Part shown: positions 9,761 to 18,874 of the stretch, in pieces | Numbering within the stretch: the stretch's first letter is position 1 | Layout of the letters: each line of letters begins with the position of its first letter | NCBI GenBank assembly: GCA_964545945.1 | Contig: CAZJID010000001.1 | Location: 12,543-76,542, forward strand | Length of the DNA stretch: 64,000 nt | DNA from: an uncultured Dehalococcoidales bacterium | GTDB taxonomy: Bacteria; Chloroflexota; Dehalococcoidia; GIF9; UBA5629 | Direction: 5' to 3' | Position numbers and translations under genes: made by a program | Notes under the pieces: generated by a model | The model's input: only the letters and a program-made list of their open reading frames with translations | What the model was told of the DNA's origin: nothing | Database searches by the model: none

Positions 9761-10666
9761 TTATATTTTGCCGTCAATCGCCTCTTTCATCAGCTTCAAG
9801 CTTTCGGGTTGGCGCAGCACCAGAATATTGGCACCGGCTAACAGCAAGCTGAGTGCCGTAACGCTTTCCCACAAAAGCCCTTGCTTTTCATTCTCTTTAG
9901 CCTGCTTGGTTTTACCGGCCTCGCTGCCAAGGTCGGCTATTATGGGCATCTGCATGGTATTATCACCGAACATGATGCCGATATGCTTGGTCCTTTCCAT
10001 TATCGTAAAGCTGTATTCCATGCCGTAGCCCAGCGGCGAGCTCAGCGGGTCGATGACTATCCGTTCTTTGGGGAATGTCTTTAACAGCTTTACATTCAGC
10101 TCCTTCTCCAGGTTAATATCCAGCGGTGTCTGAGCTATTACGCAATGGCCGTGGTCCAGAGCCGCTTTGCTTATCGGTTCATAGTTTTCTTTGGCTAGGG
10201 GACCGAGGAGCAGGTTTTCACCATCACAGACTTCGGCCACCTTGCTCAGGACTTCGATATCTTTTGTCTCATCGCCAGAACCGTAGATGATAAGCGGTGT
10301 CGATATAGCCGATGCTACCTGCTTGACCACGGCAGCTGCTTTGTCCGCCGGAGCATTATCCCCGGCCGGGTCGGTGCTAACCAGCCTCAGGCAAATCAGG
10401 TCGGCGCCCAGTTCGATGCATTTCTTAGCCCAGGCTACCGGGTCGGCAAGAACGCCCTCATATGGCCGCCGTTCCCACTCCGTCCAGGCCTTCGGCTCGC
10501 TATCAAATATTTCCAGAGCTAGTCGCGGTCGATTCTCTATCTGACCTTCAAAAAAATGAAGCGGAAGGACGTTTTCCCCTCCGATCTTTAGAGCTTTTTC
10601 TCCTTTTCCGAGAACTACTTCCGCCACTCTTCCCGAATACGTTTCCACAGGTGCTTTATAGTCCAT
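9761..10666 (-). CDS. acsD: Corrinoid iron-sulfur protein small subunit (CODH/ACS delta subunit)
   Basis: 301-aa TIM-barrel-like protein between acsE and cdhA; position and size fit AcsD/CdhD. Confidence 0.65.
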   Translation of the reverse strand: MDYKAPVETYSGRVAEVVLGKGEKALKIGGENVLPLHFFEGQIENRPRLALEIFDSEPKAWTEWERRPYEGVLADPVAWAKKCIELGADLICLRLVSTDPAGDNAPADKAAAVVKQVASAISTPLIIYGSGDETKDIEVLSKVAEVCDGENLLLGPLAKENYEPISKAALDHGHCVIAQTPLDINLEKELNVKLLKTFPKERIVIDPLSSPLGYGMEYSFTIMERTKHIGIMFGDNTMQMPIIADLGSEAGKTKQAKENEKQGLLWESVTALSLLLAGANILVLRQPESLKLMKEAIDGKI

Positions 10667-10688
10667 TATCCGCTCCTTTTAATTACTC

Positions 10689-11567
10689 CTAGCTCTCAAG
10701 CCAGGCATGAGAATACAGCGTCTCTCCCATTAGAACCTTAACCGTTTTCACGTAATCCTGTTCCTCTTTGGACAGTGAACCCATATCCGGAGCCTCGCCG
10801 TCCATGGTCTTATAGATAAGGTCGACAATCTTGGGGAGTTCTCCTTTATTCAGTCGAACAAGCTCGGGATCCAGCACGTCGGCAATGGCCGAATATAATC
10901 CGTTTCTGCCCAGCATCACCATATAAGTTCGATTTAATATACCCCTGAGCTCTTCCGGCGTTCCGTTCGAAACGTTTGACAGACCCACGGTCGATTTAAC
11001 GCCGGGAAGCAGGTCGGCCAGCATACCTACAAATTCCACCGCCTCTCTCACCTGCTTCTGGTCAGCGCTCACCGGCAATATAATGGGGTCAACCCAGATG
11101 TCTTCGTTAGGGATTCCCATGTCGTTGGCCAGCGCCACGGTTTCCATAATGCTCTCTATCCTGGAATCAACATCCGGCGGGCAGCCTCTATCCGTCAATA
11201 CCGAAATAACCACATGGGTATTATATTTCTTGGCCAGTGGCAGCATATGCTCTTTGCTATCGGTCCTTCCCGAAGCCGAATTGAGCAGAGGTCTTTTCTT
11301 ACAGGTTTTAAGGCCGGCTTCCATAGCCACGGGGTTCAGAGTATCCACCGATATCGGTAAATCGGTTACTCCCTGTATGGCATTAACCAGCCACTGGGTT
11401 ATTTCCTCCGGGTCCTTTTTCGCCGGTCCCATATTCAGGTCTATATAATTCGCCCCGGCTGTGGTCTGTGCTTTGGCCAGGTCCTCTATTACTTTCTGGT
11501 TACGCTCCTTGACTGCATCGTTGACGTTCTTGGAAATGATATGGATGCTTTCGCCGATTAAAATCAT
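10689..11567 (-). CDS. acsE: Methyltetrahydrofolate:corrinoid iron-sulfur protein methyltransferase
   Basis: LIGESI, LNMGP, AMEAGLKTCKK, LNSAS, DPIILP, GLSNVS and AIAD blocks co-linear with Moorella AcsE (pterin-binding fold). Confidence 0.85.
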   Translation of the reverse strand: MILIGESIHIISKNVNDAVKERNQKVIEDLAKAQTTAGANYIDLNMGPAKKDPEEITQWLVNAIQGVTDLPISVDTLNPVAMEAGLKTCKKRPLLNSASGRTDSKEHMLPLAKKYNTHVVISVLTDRGCPPDVDSRIESIMETVALANDMGIPNEDIWVDPIILPVSADQKQVREAVEFVGMLADLLPGVKSTVGLSNVSNGTPEELRGILNRTYMVMLGRNGLYSAIADVLDPELVRLNKGELPKIVDLIYKTMDGEAPDMGSLSKEEQDYVKTVKVLMGETLYSHAWLES

Positions 11568-11609
11568 TTGCGCCTCCCTGTTATGATAGATTAGGCCACT
11601 AGCTTATAA

Positions 11610-12245
11610 CTAGGACATCTTCCCTGATATATAGTCTTCGATAGAAAAGCCTGAAAAAACGTCACCGGTTGTTTCGGAACCTATTTTACCCGTAGGACAA
11701 ACTCCGAAACATTGCTGGCACGTAGCACAGTAGGCTGAGGCCCTCTCAGGGAAAAATACAACTCTGCGCCCGGTGCCCCTACCGACAAATCCTATGGCAT
11801 TGCGAAATACAACTTCGGAACAGTACCGCACACATTTTCCGCAGAGAATGCATCTGGTTGGTGTGGCTTTAAATCTGGGCATGAATCGGGAAACATCTGC
11901 TTTGTATTCACTTGCCAGCGTTTTTATTGTCCCCATCCCTTCTTTCGACAGGACAGGCGCAATCAGCTCGATAATGACTTTCCTTATTTTATCTATCTTT
12001 GGCGACCTGGTTTTCACCCTTATTCCCTCTTCAACGGGATAACCGCAGGCAACCACGACCTGGCTCTTCCCCTTCTTCTCCACTTCAACGCTGCAAATGC
12101 GACAGGCGCCATAAGGAGCCAGCTTTTCATGCTCACATAACGAAGGTATCTCGATATTGGCCTCCTTGGCCGCCTGAAATATTGTAGCCCCCTCTTTCGC
12201 CTTTACTTTTTTGCCGTCTATCTCTAAGGTTACGGAAGTATCCAT
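11610..12245 (-). CDS. NuoG/HydA N-terminal-domain-only Fe-S protein (2Fe-2S plus [4Fe-4S] clusters; no H-cluster or molybdopterin domain)
   Basis: 2Fe-2S ferredoxin start (CEHEKLAPYGACRICSVEV), CILCGKCVRYC and CATCQQCFGVCP motifs; only 211 aa. Confidence 0.8.
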   Translation of the reverse strand: MDTSVTLEIDGKKVKAKEGATIFQAAKEANIEIPSLCEHEKLAPYGACRICSVEVEKKGKSQVVVACGYPVEEGIRVKTRSPKIDKIRKVIIELIAPVLSKEGMGTIKTLASEYKADVSRFMPRFKATPTRCILCGKCVRYCSEVVFRNAIGFVGRGTGRRVVFFPERASAYCATCQQCFGVCPTGKIGSETTGDVFSGFSIEDYISGKMS

Positions 12246-12246
12246 T

Positions 12247-14163
12247 CTAACCTCCTTTTTTACGAGCCACTGCCTTCCCCGGCACCGGAGCAGGCACAGG
12301 TTCTCCCGAAATTTTGACTATAGCCGAGAATTTAGTCGGGCAGAGCTGATAGCACATCCCGCACTTAGTGCATTTTTCCTGTTCGATCCAGTGTACGACC
12401 CCTTTTTCTCCATGGATGGCATCTCCCGGGCAGCTCCGCAGGCAAATCATGCAGGCTTCACATTTATCCGGGTCGATATAGTAGTTGATCAGATCGCTGC
12501 AGACCTTGGCGGGACAGCGTTTCTCCTTTATATGAGCCTCATACTCGTCTCCAAAATACTTCAGCGTAGTCAGGACGGGGTTGGCCGCAGTTTTTCCCAG
12601 AGCACAGAGCGATGCATCAGCCATAACCTGGGCTATTTCCTCAATAGCTTCTATGTCCCCTTCCTTACCTCTGCCTTCGCTAATATCGGTCAGAATCTCG
12701 CGGAGCACTCTCAAGCCCTCACGGCAGGGGATGCACTTGCCGCAGGATTCCTCACAGCAGAAATCTATGAAATACCTGGCCGTATCGACCATGCACGTGT
12801 CTTCATCCATGATGACCATGCCGCCGGAGCCGACCATGGAGCCAAGCTTGGTTAATTCATCGAAATCAATGGGTGTATCGAGAAACTGTTCCGGAATAAT
12901 CCCTCCCGAAGGGCCACCTGTTTGAACTCCCTTGAACTTCTTGCCCTTGGGAATGCCTCCGCCTATATCGTAGATAATTTGCCTCAAGGTCATACCCATA
13001 GGAACTTCTACGAGGCCGGTATTATTTACCTTGCCTACCAGTGAGAAAATCTTAGTTCCCTTGCTGCCCTCACTGCCGATGGACCTGAACCAGTCACTTC
13101 CTTTATCTATAATCAGCGGCACATTGGCCCAGGTCTCCACATTGTTCAAGTTGGACGGCCTTTCTTTGATGCCGCTTATGGCGGTATGGATATATTTCAG
13201 CTTGGGTTCACCCACTTTGCCCTCAATGGCTGCCATCAGTGCGCTTGATTCTCCACTGACAAAAGCACCGGCTCCCCGGTGAACCTTGACATGAAAATTG
13301 AAACCGGAACCTAGAATATTGTCACCTAAAAGGCCGTACTCCTCAGCCTGTTTTATTGCCCACTCTATATTCGAACATGCCACCGGGTATTCCTGCCGCA
13401 CATAGATAAAGCCTTCATGAGCGCCTATAGCTAAAGCGCCGATGACCAGGCCTTCCAGAACGCTGTGCGGATTTCCCTCCATAAGAGACCTGTCCATATA
13501 AGCGCCGGGATCCCCTTCGTCGCAATTGACTATGACGTACTTAATTTCTCCGGGAGCATTCTTGGTCTCCTCCCATTTCCTTCCTGCCGGGAACCCGCCG
13601 CCTCCTCTGCCCCTCAAATCCGCCTTATTTATCTCAGCCAGAACTTTTTCCGGGCCCATCTCGAAAAGCGCTTTCGATAATGCGCTGTAACCACCTATAT
13701 ACAGGTAATCCTCTATGGACCGCGGGTCTATCCACCGGTTCGGTCCGAACACGAATCTCTGCTGGTTCTTATAGAAAGGAATATCAGGTTCGCGCTTTAT
13801 CTTCTTTCCGGTTACGGGGTCGACGTAAAGAAGACGCTCGACAATCTTTTTTTCCTTAGTGCTCTTCACAATTTCCGCGGCATCTTCGGGCTGAACCTGC
13901 GTATAACAGATTTCCTCGGGATAAATAACCGCCAGGGGACCGCGTTCGCAAAATCCGTGGCATCCGGTCCTCTTAAAATCTATTTCATCCGCCAGCCCCT
14001 GTTTAGCCAACTCCTCTTCGAATGCCTCGCTGACGATCTGACAACCGGATGCGACACAAGCAGTACCAGAGCATAGAGCTATGCATAGTTTATTGGGGTC
14101 TCTTTTACTTTTTATTTCTTTTCTTAATGCTTCTAGTTCCGCTACCGAATTTAATTTTGGCAT
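12247..14163 (-). CDS. NuoF/HydB-like flavoprotein (paralog of 971-2875)
   Basis: GAGAFVSGESSALMAAIEG; N-terminal thioredoxin-like domain; C-terminal 2x[4Fe-4S]; 638 aa. Confidence 0.85.
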   Translation of the reverse strand: MPKLNSVAELEALRKEIKSKRDPNKLCIALCSGTACVASGCQIVSEAFEEELAKQGLADEIDFKRTGCHGFCERGPLAVIYPEEICYTQVQPEDAAEIVKSTKEKKIVERLLYVDPVTGKKIKREPDIPFYKNQQRFVFGPNRWIDPRSIEDYLYIGGYSALSKALFEMGPEKVLAEINKADLRGRGGGGFPAGRKWEETKNAPGEIKYVIVNCDEGDPGAYMDRSLMEGNPHSVLEGLVIGALAIGAHEGFIYVRQEYPVACSNIEWAIKQAEEYGLLGDNILGSGFNFHVKVHRGAGAFVSGESSALMAAIEGKVGEPKLKYIHTAISGIKERPSNLNNVETWANVPLIIDKGSDWFRSIGSEGSKGTKIFSLVGKVNNTGLVEVPMGMTLRQIIYDIGGGIPKGKKFKGVQTGGPSGGIIPEQFLDTPIDFDELTKLGSMVGSGGMVIMDEDTCMVDTARYFIDFCCEESCGKCIPCREGLRVLREILTDISEGRGKEGDIEAIEEIAQVMADASLCALGKTAANPVLTTLKYFGDEYEAHIKEKRCPAKVCSDLINYYIDPDKCEACMICLRSCPGDAIHGEKGVVHWIEQEKCTKCGMCYQLCPTKFSAIVKISGEPVPAPVPGKAVARKKGG

Positions 14164-14172
14164 ATCTCCTCC

Positions 14173-14631
14173 TCATGCACATTTCTCGAGGGATTTTTCT
14201 ACGTCGGAAACGGTGAGATGTCCGCGATAGTCATCGCCAACCGTCATCACCGGACCCATAGCGCAACAACCCAGACAATTTACTGTCTCCAGACTGAACT
14301 GCATGTCAGGGCTTGTTTCACCGGGCTCTATTCCCAGTACCTGCTGAACCCTATCCCGAATAAGCGATGCTCCCCGCACTTGGCAAGCCGTGCCCATGCA
14401 AACCCTTACATTATTTCTTCCTCGTGGGGCAAAGCTAAAGGCTTTATAGAACGTGGCTACTTGGTATACTCGAGTCTGAGGAATTCCTAATTCTTTGCCG
14501 ACTTCGGACAATACTTCTTTCGGGAGCCAGCCGAAGCCGCTCTGCAAGTCTAACAGCATTTGAATCAGCATGTCCTTATCGCTTCCGTGTTTTTCCACAA
14601 CCCTGTGTACTATACTTGATACTCCAGCCAT
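14173..14631 (-). CDS. NuoE/HydC-like [2Fe-2S] subunit (paralog of 3006-3497)
   Basis: CMGTACQVRGA ... CLGCCAMGPV; 152 aa; first gene of the operon. Confidence 0.85.
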   Translation of the reverse strand: MAGVSSIVHRVVEKHGSDKDMLIQMLLDLQSGFGWLPKEVLSEVGKELGIPQTRVYQVATFYKAFSFAPRGRNNVRVCMGTACQVRGASLIRDRVQQVLGIEPGETSPDMQFSLETVNCLGCCAMGPVMTVGDDYRGHLTVSDVEKSLEKCA

Positions 14632-14673
14632 TTCATTACCTCCGGTTTTTATTGCTGGTTATGACCAACAGGT

Positions 14674-14750
14674 ATCAGCAAAAGTATTTCAGGGATGTTG
14701 AAACTGGCTTTAAATAAACGCAAGGAAACACTAGCAATACTTTTGCTGAT
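14674..14750. promoter_or_regulatory. Perfect 15-bp inverted repeat (ATCAGCAAAAGTATT ... AATACTTTTGCTGAT, 47-bp spacer) in the divergent promoter/5' leader region of the Wood-Ljungdahl operon
   Basis: Seen directly; 43-119 nt upstream of the nuoE-like start codon; candidate operator or leader RNA stem. Confidence 0.5.
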
Positions 14751-14892
14751 TAAGACCATAATTTGCCCCCGTTTGGAATTGGTCTAAAACCGCGTAATTA
14801 TATCATCTCAATATTCGAGCGTCAAACAGTATTTATACTTGGTCTGCACCTGATTTTTAAATGTATTGTGTGGGGCAATAGAACTGGAGATA

Positions 14893-14922
14893 TTGAAAGC
14901 TCCGACTGTCGACGGCTATAAT
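14893..14922 (+). promoter_or_regulatory. Sigma70-like promoter (TTGAAA - 18 nt - TATAAT) for the radical SAM gene
   Basis: Hexamers seen directly about 20 nt upstream of ATG 14941. Confidence 0.4.
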
Positions 14923-14940
14923 TGACCTTTGCGGATTACT

Positions 14941-16776
14941 ATGAACAACTTCGACGATATACTTTACGAGGTTTCCCGGCCGGCTCGATATAGCGGCGGC
15001 GAGTGGAACAGCAGGGTTAAAGACTGGCAGGCCGCCAAACTCCATATCGCCCTGGCTTTTCCCGATGTATACGAAATAGGCATGTCCAATATGGCTCTCC
15101 CTATCCTCTATAAAATCATCAACGACCAGCCCGATGCCCTGGCCGAAAGAGTCTTTGCCCCCTGGGTGGACATGGAGGCGCTGCTTCGTCAACATAACCT
15201 GCCGCTGCTCAGCCTGGAGACAAGGCGGCCTTTGAAAGATTTCGACGTCATCGGCTTTTCGCTGGGCTACGAGCTCACCTACACTAACGTCCTCAATATG
15301 CTGGACCTGGCTAAAATACCGCTGTTCAGCCACCAGAGAGACGATTCGTATCCGTTGATTATCGCCGGCGGCAGCTGCGCCCTCAACCCGGAGCCGATGA
15401 CCGATTTCATCGACCTGTTTGTTATCGGCGAGGCTGAAGAAATCATATCGAAACTGCTCGATGTGCTCCGTAATTTCCAGGGCAATAAGAAAGAACTGCT
15501 CCAAGAAGCCGCCGGCCTACCCGGTATCTACGTGCCAGCCCTATACGAAGTGTCATATCATCAGGACGGCACTCTGGCTGGCTTTGAGCCCAGGATACCT
15601 GAAGCCCGGCTGCCCATCGAACGGCAGATAATGTCGGAGTTGCCGCAGCCTGTCACCGACCCGGTGTTACCACACACCAGAGCAGTCCACGACCGGGGAG
15701 CCGTCGAAATCCAGCGGGGATGCAGCAGGGGCTGCCGTTTCTGTCAGGCAGGCATGATATACCGGCCGGTCCGTGAACTTCCTCAAAAAGAAATAATAGA
15801 TGCCGTCTCTGCATTGGTCAAAAATTGCGGGTACAGTGAAATTTCTCTGGTATCGCTCAGCACCGGCGACTATCATGATATAAGTGAGCTAATCGGCCAG
15901 CTTTCCAGTATATGCAGCAAGGATAATCTGAGCCTCTCTTTACCAAGTCTGCGAATCGACGCATCATCGATAAATCTTATAGAATCGCTGCCCCATCGAC
16001 GAAAGACAACTCTTACCTTCGCACCCGAAGCGGGAACAGAAAGACTACGACGGGCTATGAACAAATACATATCCGAAGAGGAAATGTTCGCTGCGTTCAC
16101 CTCGGCCTTCGAAAAGGGGTGGTTTAACTTAAAGCTTTATTTTATGGTCGGACTTCCTACTGAGACTATGGACGATGTGAAGGGCATAGTAGACCTGGTA
16201 GCCAGGACCTCCCAGTTAGGCAGGAAGCTTAGAAGCAGGTCGCCAGGACTGCGAGTAAGTGTGGCCACATTCGTGCCAAAAGCCCACACGCCCTGCCAGT
16301 GGGCAGCTCAGAATAAGGAGGTGGAACTGGCCCCCAAACATGAGCTTCTGAAGCAGGGCTTGCGCCGGCTCGGAGTCCGCTTTTCCTGGCAGGACACGAA
16401 AACGAGCCTGCTTGAGGCCGTCATGGCGAGAGGCGACCGCAGGCTGGGTAAAGTTATTCACCGGGCCTGGGAACTGGGCAACCGCTTCGATGCCTGGCAT
16501 GAATGCTTCAACTATGATAACTGGTCAAAGGCTTTCCGGGAAAACGGGATTGACCCTGCTTTCTATGCTAACCGGGAGCGCTCTTTGGATGAGATATTAC
16601 CCTGGCAGCATATCGATATCGGAGTAACCCGAGCCTTCCTGCTGAAAGAATATGAGAGCATCGGTTCGGCCAGTGATACCGGGGATTGCCGGCACGGCTC
16701 TTGCAACGCTTGCGGGCTGCAAAAATGGCACGTTGATTGCCGGCAGAAATTCAAAAAAAGAAACAAACTGATATAA
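14941..16776 (+). CDS. Radical SAM protein, TIGR03960-like (N-terminal B12-binding-like region; CSRGCRFCQAG SAM-cluster motif), function unknown
   Basis: N-terminal YEVSRPARYSGGEWN motif and CxxxCxxC; start moved to ATG 14941 downstream of the -10 element; the antisense ORF 14857-15504 is treated as spurious. Confidence 0.8.
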   Translation: MNNFDDILYEVSRPARYSGGEWNSRVKDWQAAKLHIALAFPDVYEIGMSNMALPILYKIINDQPDALAERVFAPWVDMEALLRQHNLPLLSLETRRPLKDFDVIGFSLGYELTYTNVLNMLDLAKIPLFSHQRDDSYPLIIAGGSCALNPEPMTDFIDLFVIGEAEEIISKLLDVLRNFQGNKKELLQEAAGLPGIYVPALYEVSYHQDGTLAGFEPRIPEARLPIERQIMSELPQPVTDPVLPHTRAVHDRGAVEIQRGCSRGCRFCQAGMIYRPVRELPQKEIIDAVSALVKNCGYSEISLVSLSTGDYHDISELIGQLSSICSKDNLSLSLPSLRIDASSINLIESLPHRRKTTLTFAPEAGTERLRRAMNKYISEEEMFAAFTSAFEKGWFNLKLYFMVGLPTETMDDVKGIVDLVARTSQLGRKLRSRSPGLRVSVATFVPKAHTPCQWAAQNKEVELAPKHELLKQGLRRLGVRFSWQDTKTSLLEAVMARGDRRLGKVIHRAWELGNRFDAWHECFNYDNWSKAFRENGIDPAFYANRERSLDEILPWQHIDIGVTRAFLLKEYESIGSASDTGDCRHGSCNACGLQKWHVDCRQKFKKRNKLI

Positions 16777-16807
16777 TGGATTTATATCACCATTATAGGA
16801 GGGGGCA

Positions 16808-18730
16808 ATGGTAACACAATCTTTTCCTTCAGAATCAATGTACTGGCCGTTCAAGAAATACATGGATATGTATAACCGGTCGATACAGGACCCTGAACGT
16901 TTCTGGGCCGAGGAAGCCCGTAAGCTTGACTGGTTTAAGACCTGGGACAAAGTACTCGACTGGCAACCGCCTTTCGCCCGCTGGTTTGAAGGCGGCAAGC
17001 TGAACGCCTGTTATCAATGCGTTGACAGGCACGTTAAAACCTGGCGAAGAAGTAAGGTCGCCATATACTGGGAAGGTGAACTGGGCGATAGTCAGGTCTT
17101 AAGCTATTCTACCCTTTACCGGTGGGTCAATAAGTTCGCTTCGGTCCTCAAAAATCTGGGCGTAAATAAAGGCGATACGGTGGCTCTTTATCTGCCCATG
17201 ATTCCGGAGCTACCCATATTCATGCTCGCCTGTGCCAGGATAGGAGCTCCGCACACCGTCGTATTCTCCGGTTTCAGTGCTCAGGCACTGGCCGATAGAA
17301 TTAACGATATCAAGGCCAAGGTTCTGGTGACAGCGGATGCCGGCTTCAGAAGAGGAAAACATCTGGAACTCAAAAGTATATGCGACGAAGCTGCAGCATT
17401 GTCGCCCTCAATCGAAAAGGTCGTGGTAGCCAGAAGGGCAGGAATACCCATAGACATGAAACCAGGGCGGGACGTCTGGCTTCATGAGTTGCTGGATGAT
17501 GCTGCTTCTTTCGTACCCGCGGAACCGGTTGAGGCTACTCATCCCTTATATATACTCTATACGTCGGGTACCACCGGCAAGCCCAAGGGCATTGTCCACG
17601 GCACCGGCGGCTACCTTGTTTTCACCAACTGCGGCTACGAATGGGTTTTTAACGTGAAAGAGGAATCTGTATACTGGTGCACCGCCGATGTGGGCTGGGT
17701 CACCGGGCATAGCTCGATAGTCTATGGCCCGTTATGTCACGGCGCGGCCATAGTCCTCTACGAAGGCGCTCCCGACTATCCCTCCGTGGACAGATGGTGG
17801 GATATCGTAGAGAAGTACGGAGTCAGCATACTTTATACATCACCCACCGGCATCAGAATGCTAATGCAATACGGTGAAGATGTTGTAAAAAGACACGACT
17901 TGAGCAGCCTTGAGCTGCTGGGTAGCGTTGGCGAAGCGATCAACCCCGAAGCTTGGCAGTGGTACTACAGGGTCATCGGCGGCGAAAGATGCCCCATCGT
18001 TGACACCTGGTGGCAAACCGAAACCGGCGGTACTATGATATCACCCACACCGGGTATTGAACTGGTTCCCCTGAAGCCGGGCTCGGCAACCTTCCCTCTC
18101 CCTGGAGTCAATGCCGACATACTCGACGAAGACGGCAAGCCAGTGCCAGCCGGCGAGAAAGGATATCTGGTAATAAAATCACCATGGCCCGGTATGCTCA
18201 TGGGAGTCTACGGAGACCCGGAAAGATACAAGGAGACCTACTGGTCTAAATTCCCGGGTATGTATTACAGCGGCGACTATGCCATAAGGGACAAAGACGG
18301 CTATTTCTGGCTGTTGGGCAGAGCCGACGAAGTACTCAAAATAGCCGGGCATAGAATCGGCACCATAGAAATAGAAGACGCCGCTGTTTCTTATGACGCT
18401 ATAGTTGAGGCTGCTGTAGCCAGCAGACCAGACGAAGTTAAGGGCGAAAGCGTGGTCATCTTTGCCATACTAAAGCAAGAGGTAGAACCCTCTCAGGAAC
18501 TTAAGAACAAGATAAAGCAGCATATACGCAAGGTACTGGGGCCTGTGGCTACGCCCGACGAAATCTACTTCGTCCCCAAGTTGCCCAAGACGCGAAGCGG
18601 CAAAATCATGAGACGGGTACTCAAAGCGGTGGCCAGCGGTACCAGCATAGGTGACCTGACTACCCTTGAGGACGGGACCTCGGTGGATGAAGTCAAGAAA
18701 GCCTTCGAGGAACTCAAAAAGAAGGTGTAG
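16808..18730 (+). CDS. acs: Acetyl-CoA synthetase (AMP-forming)
   Basis: YTSGTTGKPKG AMP-binding motif; N-terminal MYWPFKKYMDMYNRSIQDPERFW typical of Acs; 640 aa; AGGAGGGGG RBS. Confidence 0.9.
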   Translation: MVTQSFPSESMYWPFKKYMDMYNRSIQDPERFWAEEARKLDWFKTWDKVLDWQPPFARWFEGGKLNACYQCVDRHVKTWRRSKVAIYWEGELGDSQVLSYSTLYRWVNKFASVLKNLGVNKGDTVALYLPMIPELPIFMLACARIGAPHTVVFSGFSAQALADRINDIKAKVLVTADAGFRRGKHLELKSICDEAAALSPSIEKVVVARRAGIPIDMKPGRDVWLHELLDDAASFVPAEPVEATHPLYILYTSGTTGKPKGIVHGTGGYLVFTNCGYEWVFNVKEESVYWCTADVGWVTGHSSIVYGPLCHGAAIVLYEGAPDYPSVDRWWDIVEKYGVSILYTSPTGIRMLMQYGEDVVKRHDLSSLELLGSVGEAINPEAWQWYYRVIGGERCPIVDTWWQTETGGTMISPTPGIELVPLKPGSATFPLPGVNADILDEDGKPVPAGEKGYLVIKSPWPGMLMGVYGDPERYKETYWSKFPGMYYSGDYAIRDKDGYFWLLGRADEVLKIAGHRIGTIEIEDAAVSYDAIVEAAVASRPDEVKGESVVIFAILKQEVEPSQELKNKIKQHIRKVLGPVATPDEIYFVPKLPKTRSGKIMRRVLKAVASGTSIGDLTTLEDGTSVDEVKKAFEELKKKV

Positions 18731-18874
18731 AGTCATATACCGGGCTGCTGGGAAACTTGACTTCTGAGATAAAAATAGCTAATCTGTATCGTTCTATTTA
18801 ATGAAGACCAATAAATAGAACGGCGGACAGACGTTAAACTATGTCCGTGCATGAAGTTACGGAAGGACTAGCAG

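Noticed and set aside
12211-13680. Plus-strand ORFs 12211-12855, 12581-12925, 13031-13282 and 13465-13680 antisense to the second nuoF-like gene
   Set aside because: Antisense to a conserved flavoprotein gene; no recognisable motifs.
14857-15504. 215-aa minus-strand ORF overlapping the radical SAM gene
   Set aside because: Entirely antisense to the radical SAM N-terminus, which has strong family motifs; spans the intergenic promoter; no motifs of its own.
18791-18821. AT-rich 10-bp inverted repeat (gttctattta ... taaatagaac) after acs as a possible terminator
   Set aside because: No U-run follows on the acs strand. It could still be a protein-binding site or RNA hairpin, but there is not enough evidence to call it a terminator.
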